This document shows, one piece after another, positions 59,803-64,000 of a stretch of DNA of 64,000 bases. The position numbers were made by a program, and so were the translations under genes. The notes under the pieces are model-generated. The model was not told the DNA's origin, did no database searches, and saw only the letters and a list, made by a program, of their open reading frames with translations. Origin of the DNA: Candidatus Hermodarchaeota archaeon (GTDB taxonomy: Archaea > Asgardarchaeota > Lokiarchaeia > Sigyniarchaeales > SOKP01); the NCBI GenBank assembly GCA_048885925.1, contig JBHLLG010000006.1, positions 23,030-87,029 on the forward strand, given 5' to 3'. Position 1 is the first letter of the stretch. The number at the start of each line of letters is the position of its first letter.

Positions 59803-60624
59803 TCAATTTTCTTGGATTATGGCGTGTTTTTTCTGATTTATTATTTCTTGAATTTTAATTTCAGGATGATGATATCTTTGCGTTTTTAATGTTTTTAAAC
59901 CAAATTGAATAGATGTTTCTGGACAAAAATTAATACAAGCCAGACATTGCTGACATTTATGTTGCCAATATGGTAATCCCTCTATTAATATGATATTATT
60001 AACGGGACAAATTCTTTCACATAATCCACATCTACTGCAATTATCATCGGCATAAAAGGAGGTGTCACTTTCATTCACCTCCTCTCGAAATTTTTTGTTA
60101 ATTCCTTCACTCCGGCATAAATCTTTTTCAAAAATTTCTTGAGTTAGATTTTCTTTGTTATTTTTTATCATTTTAGAAATTGATTCAATTTGCTTAGTTG
60201 CATTTTTGAAAAATTGTTTCTGATCCTCTTCTGAATGAATATCAAATCCAATAATATAATTATTAGGCATAGTAATGAAAAATCCTGCATTAAGCCTTTT
60301 CGATTTCCTTTCTAGAATCTTATTTAATTGTTGTAAAGGTTGTTCATTAATATCACCAGCATTCGTTATTATGGTAAAAATATAATTCGATTTACTCAGA
60401 TCTAACTTGTTAATAAAATCAGCAATTATTTTAGGTAATCCAGAATAATATAATGGAAAAATAAAACCAACTTTTTCGCTTTTTGATTTTGGAGTCTCTA
60501 ATTCCCATACTTTTGCTATAGGTATAAGTTCGGAATCCTCGATTTTATTTTTGAGATCTTTAGCAATTTTTAAAGAATTACCTGTTCCGGTAAAAAAGAA
60601 CAATGAAGTATGCATTTTTTTCAT
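59803..60624 (-). CDS. EFR1-family flavodoxin-ferredoxin fusion
   Basis: FTGTGNSL, GFIFPLY and MPNNY; two CxxCxxCxxxCP motifs. Confidence 0.9.
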   Translation of the reverse strand: MKKMHTSLFFFTGTGNSLKIAKDLKNKIEDSELIPIAKVWELETPKSKSEKVGFIFPLYYSGLPKIIADFINKLDLSKSNYIFTIITNAGDINEQPLQQLNKILERKSKRLNAGFFITMPNNYIIGFDIHSEEDQKQFFKNATKQIESISKMIKNNKENLTQEIFEKDLCRSEGINKKFREEVNESDTSFYADDNCSRCGLCERICPVNNIILIEGLPYWQHKCQQCLACINFCPETSIQFGLKTLKTQRYHHPEIKIQEIINQKKHAIIQEN

Positions 60625-60790
60625 TTTCTAACGTTAAATAGTTATAATATATATAAAAAAATGATTAAAGGTGAGTATAATAAAATAATATGTTAATTTA
60701 TAGTTTAAAGTGTTGAACTTCAATAAGAGTTTGGAGCAAATCAATAGAATGAAGATATTATTTGACAGAAGACTATATTTTAAATGAGGA

Positions 60791-61177
60791 TTATAATAGA
60801 TTTCCTAATATTTTATCTATTTTCTCCTGAATATCAAGCTTAGCAACTGATGGATCTTTTAAAACTTGTTTAGCTTCAATAAATATATTCGTGCTCAGCT
60901 TTTTCATTAATTTAAGATCTTTCTCTCCCTCAATTAAAAAAACAAAATAAATAGATTTTTGATCCCCAAATAACTCTTTCGTTATAATTGTTATTTCATA
61001 ATTCTCTCCATAAGAAATAGTAGCAATATCCTCTTTAAACAATTGTTTTCCTATAGCACCTATAGCTGAGATTAAACCACTAAAAATTGTTGGATCTATA
61101 TCGCCTAAATTAGGATCAAACTTCTTAGAATAGAAAGGATACCCCTCAGAATCGCAAATTAATATCGATTTAATCAT
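60791..61177 (-). CDS. Stand-alone longin-like domain protein
   Basis: MIKSILICDSEGYPFYSK..IDPTIFSGLISAIGAIG; resembles the cytoplasmic domains of the three receptor paralogs. Confidence 0.7.
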   Translation of the reverse strand: MIKSILICDSEGYPFYSKKFDPNLGDIDPTIFSGLISAIGAIGKQLFKEDIATISYGENYEITIITKELFGDQKSIYFVFLIEGEKDLKLMKKLSTNIFIEAKQVLKDPSVAKLDIQEKIDKILGNLL

Positions 61178-61406
61178 AAAATTTTCAAATCTATAATTTT
61201 TCTTTCTTGTTTCCTATAATATAGATTAATAATTTTTAATTTTTAACTTTCAGATTATTTTATTTGATTTGTAACATACAATAATTATTTTATATCTTTT
61301 ACCAATAAATTGTATAAACAAATAAAAATTAGAAAAAACTCCAAAATTTTAAATATACAAAGTGTCTTATTTGAACTAATACTATCTATTAATTAAGTGA
61401 GATTTT

Positions 61407-61808
61407 ATGGGAAAAGAAAAGGATAAAGATAAAGAAAAAGATAAAAAGGATAAAGATAAAAAAGAAAAAGATAAAAAAGACAAAGATAAGGAGAAAGAGA
61501 AAGAGAAGAAAGATAAAAAAGAGAAAGATAAGGAGAAGGAAAAAGAAAAGGAGAAAAAAGATAAAGATAAAAAAGAAAAAGAAAAAGTTTCAGTAGATCA
61601 AGAGTGGAAATTACCTGTAAGTAAAAATCTTGATTCAATTATTCATGCCTACGATAATATAATTAATAAATTTAGAGATATCGATAACTACATTTTAAAA
61701 GATGCTAAATCAAAAGAAGAATTTACTGAAAAAGTCAAAAAACATATTGAAGATTTACCTGAAGTATCTCAGCAGATATTTCTAAGTTTTTTAGAATCTA
61801 TTAAATAA
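61407..61808 (+). CDS. Protein with N-terminal K/D/E low-complexity tract and small helical domain
   Basis: 58 consecutive residues that are only K, D or E. Confidence 0.75.
   Translation: MGKEKDKDKEKDKKDKDKKEKDKKDKDKEKEKEKKDKKEKDKEKEKEKEKKDKDKKEKEKVSVDQEWKLPVSKNLDSIIHAYDNIINKFRDIDNYILKDAKSKEEFTEKVKKHIEDLPEVSQQIFLSFLESIK
61413..61586 (+). repeat. Purine-rich coding repeat (KEKD/KDK)
   Basis: Imperfect aaagataaa/gaaaaa repeats. Confidence 0.8.
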
Positions 61809-61836
61809 AATTTTCAATTTTTTTTTATGAAAATAT

Positions 61837-62307
61837 TTAAGTTGTATATTTTTTTGTGGCTTCAAAATATCTGGAATCCTTACTGTAATCAAATGAAGCC
61901 AAATGTATAGGTTCTATAATAATTTTTACCCATTCTGTTAGTTCAGATAACCCCTTCCAATATCCCATTGCTTCTTCTTTAGACATATATCTCCTAAATA
62001 TTGAATAAGCAGCATCATCCATATCTTTTTCATCCACGCTTGCCTTACCATAAATTATAACAGCTCTAGTTGGTGGACCTATCTCATCAATCAGAACTGT
62101 AACATTATAATTACGCTTTATATTCGCCACTCTTCGACTTTTCTTAGGAGCCCCTATTATTAATTTACCATTTTCATAATAGTACCATACAGGTACAGCA
62201 TGAATAGTGTCATCTTTATTATGAGAACATATTCTTGCAACCTTAGCTGTTTTTATAAAATTTTCAATTTCATTTTCAGTTAAATGTGGAGGTTGTGTAT
62301 ATGACAT
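61837..62307 (-). CDS. Pyridoxamine 5'-phosphate oxidase-like (PPOX class flavin/F420-binding) protein
   Basis: IHAVPVWY and NIKRNYNVTVLID. Confidence 0.85.
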   Translation of the reverse strand: MSYTQPPHLTENEIENFIKTAKVARICSHNKDDTIHAVPVWYYYENGKLIIGAPKKSRRVANIKRNYNVTVLIDEIGPPTRAVIIYGKASVDEKDMDDAAYSIFRRYMSKEEAMGYWKGLSELTEWVKIIIEPIHLASFDYSKDSRYFEATKKYTT

Positions 62308-62747
62308 TTTAAGCCTCTATTAAATATTATAGAAGAGAGAAGAAATTATAATTTATAAATACATATGCTCTTTCAATACAAGTAAAATATTCTATAAAAT
62401 ATATCTAAATTATTTAATCCTATTTAAAAATTTATAAAAAAAGAACATTATTCATGTAACATTTAACCACGATAAAAAATTAGATGTCAAAATCGCAGAA
62501 GTATTGGAATATGAAAATTATGAGATTAAGAGTTTAAGGTTAGATCTTGACAGATTAGAGTTCGCCGACCTTTTTACGAAGGGATATGTGTAAAAAGGTG
62601 ATAAAATTGATTAAAAAGAGATCTCTTAGAGATTTAATCTGATGTTCTTATTAAATTATATTAATTGATTAATATGAAATAAACAGAATGTATTTAAACC
62701 AGAAGAAAATCATTTCTCCATAACAGGATAATTCGTGATTGAGGATT

Positions 62748-62903
62748 TTGAATCAAAGTATACCTAATAATATATTTGAATGTCCCTTTTCACACATTTG
62801 TAATCTACCACTTAATCGAAGCTCATGTTATTTTCCAGATTATAAAGTTTGCACTGAATATCAAATAAAATTGAAAAAGCTTAAATCTCCATCAAGAATT
62901 TAA
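62748..62903 (+). CDS. Small four-cysteine protein (51 aa)
   Basis: TTG start after GTGATTGAGG; MNQSIPNNIFECPFSHICNLPLNRSSCYFPDYKVCTEYQIKLKKLKSPSRI. Confidence 0.55.
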   Translation: MNQSIPNNIFECPFSHICNLPLNRSSCYFPDYKVCTEYQIKLKKLKSPSRI

Positions 62904-63159
62904 TTATAGAAAAATAATATGTAGATTTATTTACTCTTTATTTGATTTAAATAGGTTTAATTCTATTTTTAAACCATGAGCAAAATAGAAAATTAAGATT
63001 TCTTTAAAAGAGTATCAAACTCTTTTCTCGGATCTTTATTACTTTTATTCGTTAGTTATAAATAATAAAACACGAATTTAAAGAATAAAATAATACTATA
63101 CTTTTATAAATAATATAAAAATTAATTTTTTGAATCTGATATCGAAATAGGTGAAAATA

Positions 63160-64000
63160 TTGGTTAAATTCAAGAGAGGCCATCTTTTTTATCCTGAAAT
63201 CCCTATTCATAAAATTCTAGAAGATGCCGCTGAACGATTTCCAGATAAACCAGCTTTTCTTTATCCTGAAGAAATGAGTTTCAAAACGTTTAAAGAAAAA
63301 GTAGATATAGTTGCTACCGCATTAAAAGAGTTAGGAGTTGAAAAGGGAAATAGAGTTGCTTTATATGGATGGAATTCAATACAATGGGAGATTTCATTTT
63401 ATGGATTGGAAAAAGCGGGAGCGATACTTGTCCCTATGAATCCTTTATTTAAAGAATCTGAAGTAGAATATGAATTAAATGATTCTGGAGCAGAAATAAT
63501 AATTGTTTCGCAACCTGAATACCCCAATGTAAAAGCAGTAAAAGAAAAAACTAATCTTCAAAACATTATTGTAATAGATTCAGCGGAGCAAAAGGAGATA
63601 CCTAATATACTTAAAGGAACTATACGATGGTCAAAATTAATAACAAAAACAAAATCAAACCCTCCCGAATATGAATTTAATGTGAAAGAAGATCTCGCAG
63701 CTTTAGTATATACAAGTGGAACAACTGGATTACCCAAAGGAACTATGCTTACACATTACAACATTGTATCGAATGTTCTTCAAATATCTCCAGTTTTTGA
63801 ATTAAGTGAATTTGACATTGCAATGACAGTACTTCCTCTTTATCATATTTATGGACTTAATGTATGTATGAACCAAGCTATTTGGTTAGGTGCTGCACAA
63901 GTAATTGTACCAAGATTTGAGGTTAAGGAATTCTGCGAACTTATAGAAAAATATCAAGTTACATATAGTTTGTGTGTTCCACCAATATTTCTTGCTGTAG
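63160..64000 (+). CDS. fadD: Long-chain fatty-acid--CoA ligase (partial, runs off window)
   Basis: TTG start after AGGTGA; YTSGTTGLPKGTMLTHYN AMP-binding signature and VLPLYHIYG. Confidence 0.92.
   Translation, partial: MVKFKRGHLFYPEIPIHKILEDAAERFPDKPAFLYPEEMSFKTFKEKVDIVATALKELGVEKGNRVALYGWNSIQWEISFYGLEKAGAILVPMNPLFKESEVEYELNDSGAEIIIVSQPEYPNVKAVKEKTNLQNIIVIDSAEQKEIPNILKGTIRWSKLITKTKSNPPEYEFNVKEDLAALVYTSGTTGLPKGTMLTHYNIVSNVLQISPVFELSEFDIAMTVLPLYHIYGLNVCMNQAIWLGAAQVIVPRFEVKEFCELIEKYQVTYSLCVPPIFLAV

Noticed and set aside
61405-61638. Leu/Phe/Tyr-rich 'membrane' ORF
   Set aside because: It is the antisense reading of the K/D/E repeat.
1-64000. CRISPR arrays, tRNA/rRNA genes, IS elements or integrases
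   Set aside because: No regularly spaced repeats, GC-rich structural RNA blocks or transposase motifs were seen by eye; a dedicated scan was not possible.

Overview
AT-rich, gene-dense archaeal window that most likely comes from an Asgard archaeon (Lokiarchaeia-like). This is inferred from a Rab-like small GTPase, longin-like domains, a gelsolin-domain protein, a TPR-RING protein and a Loki-CTERM-like tail, together with anaerobic housekeeping genes (iorAB, flavodoxins, F420-type oxidoreductases, acyl-CoA ligase). I recognised no rRNA, tRNA, CRISPR array or mobile element by eye. Main points of interest: (1) an unannotated 32-aa PAKK-repeat, histone-H1-tail-like microprotein with its own Shine-Dalgarno (SD) site, next to a SAM methyltransferase; (2) three paralogous single-pass receptor-like proteins that join sequon-rich ectodomains to cytoplasmic longin-like domains and show mosaic ancestry; (3) a BpsA-AdoMetDC fusion; (4) a TPR protein with a CNOT4-type C4C4 RING; (5) a CWH43/PGAP2IP-like membrane enzyme; (6) a possible switchable leader RNA before an MCP-like gene; (7) a radical SAM gene with an in-frame UGA. 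All family calls come from motif recognition by eye; no searches were run.
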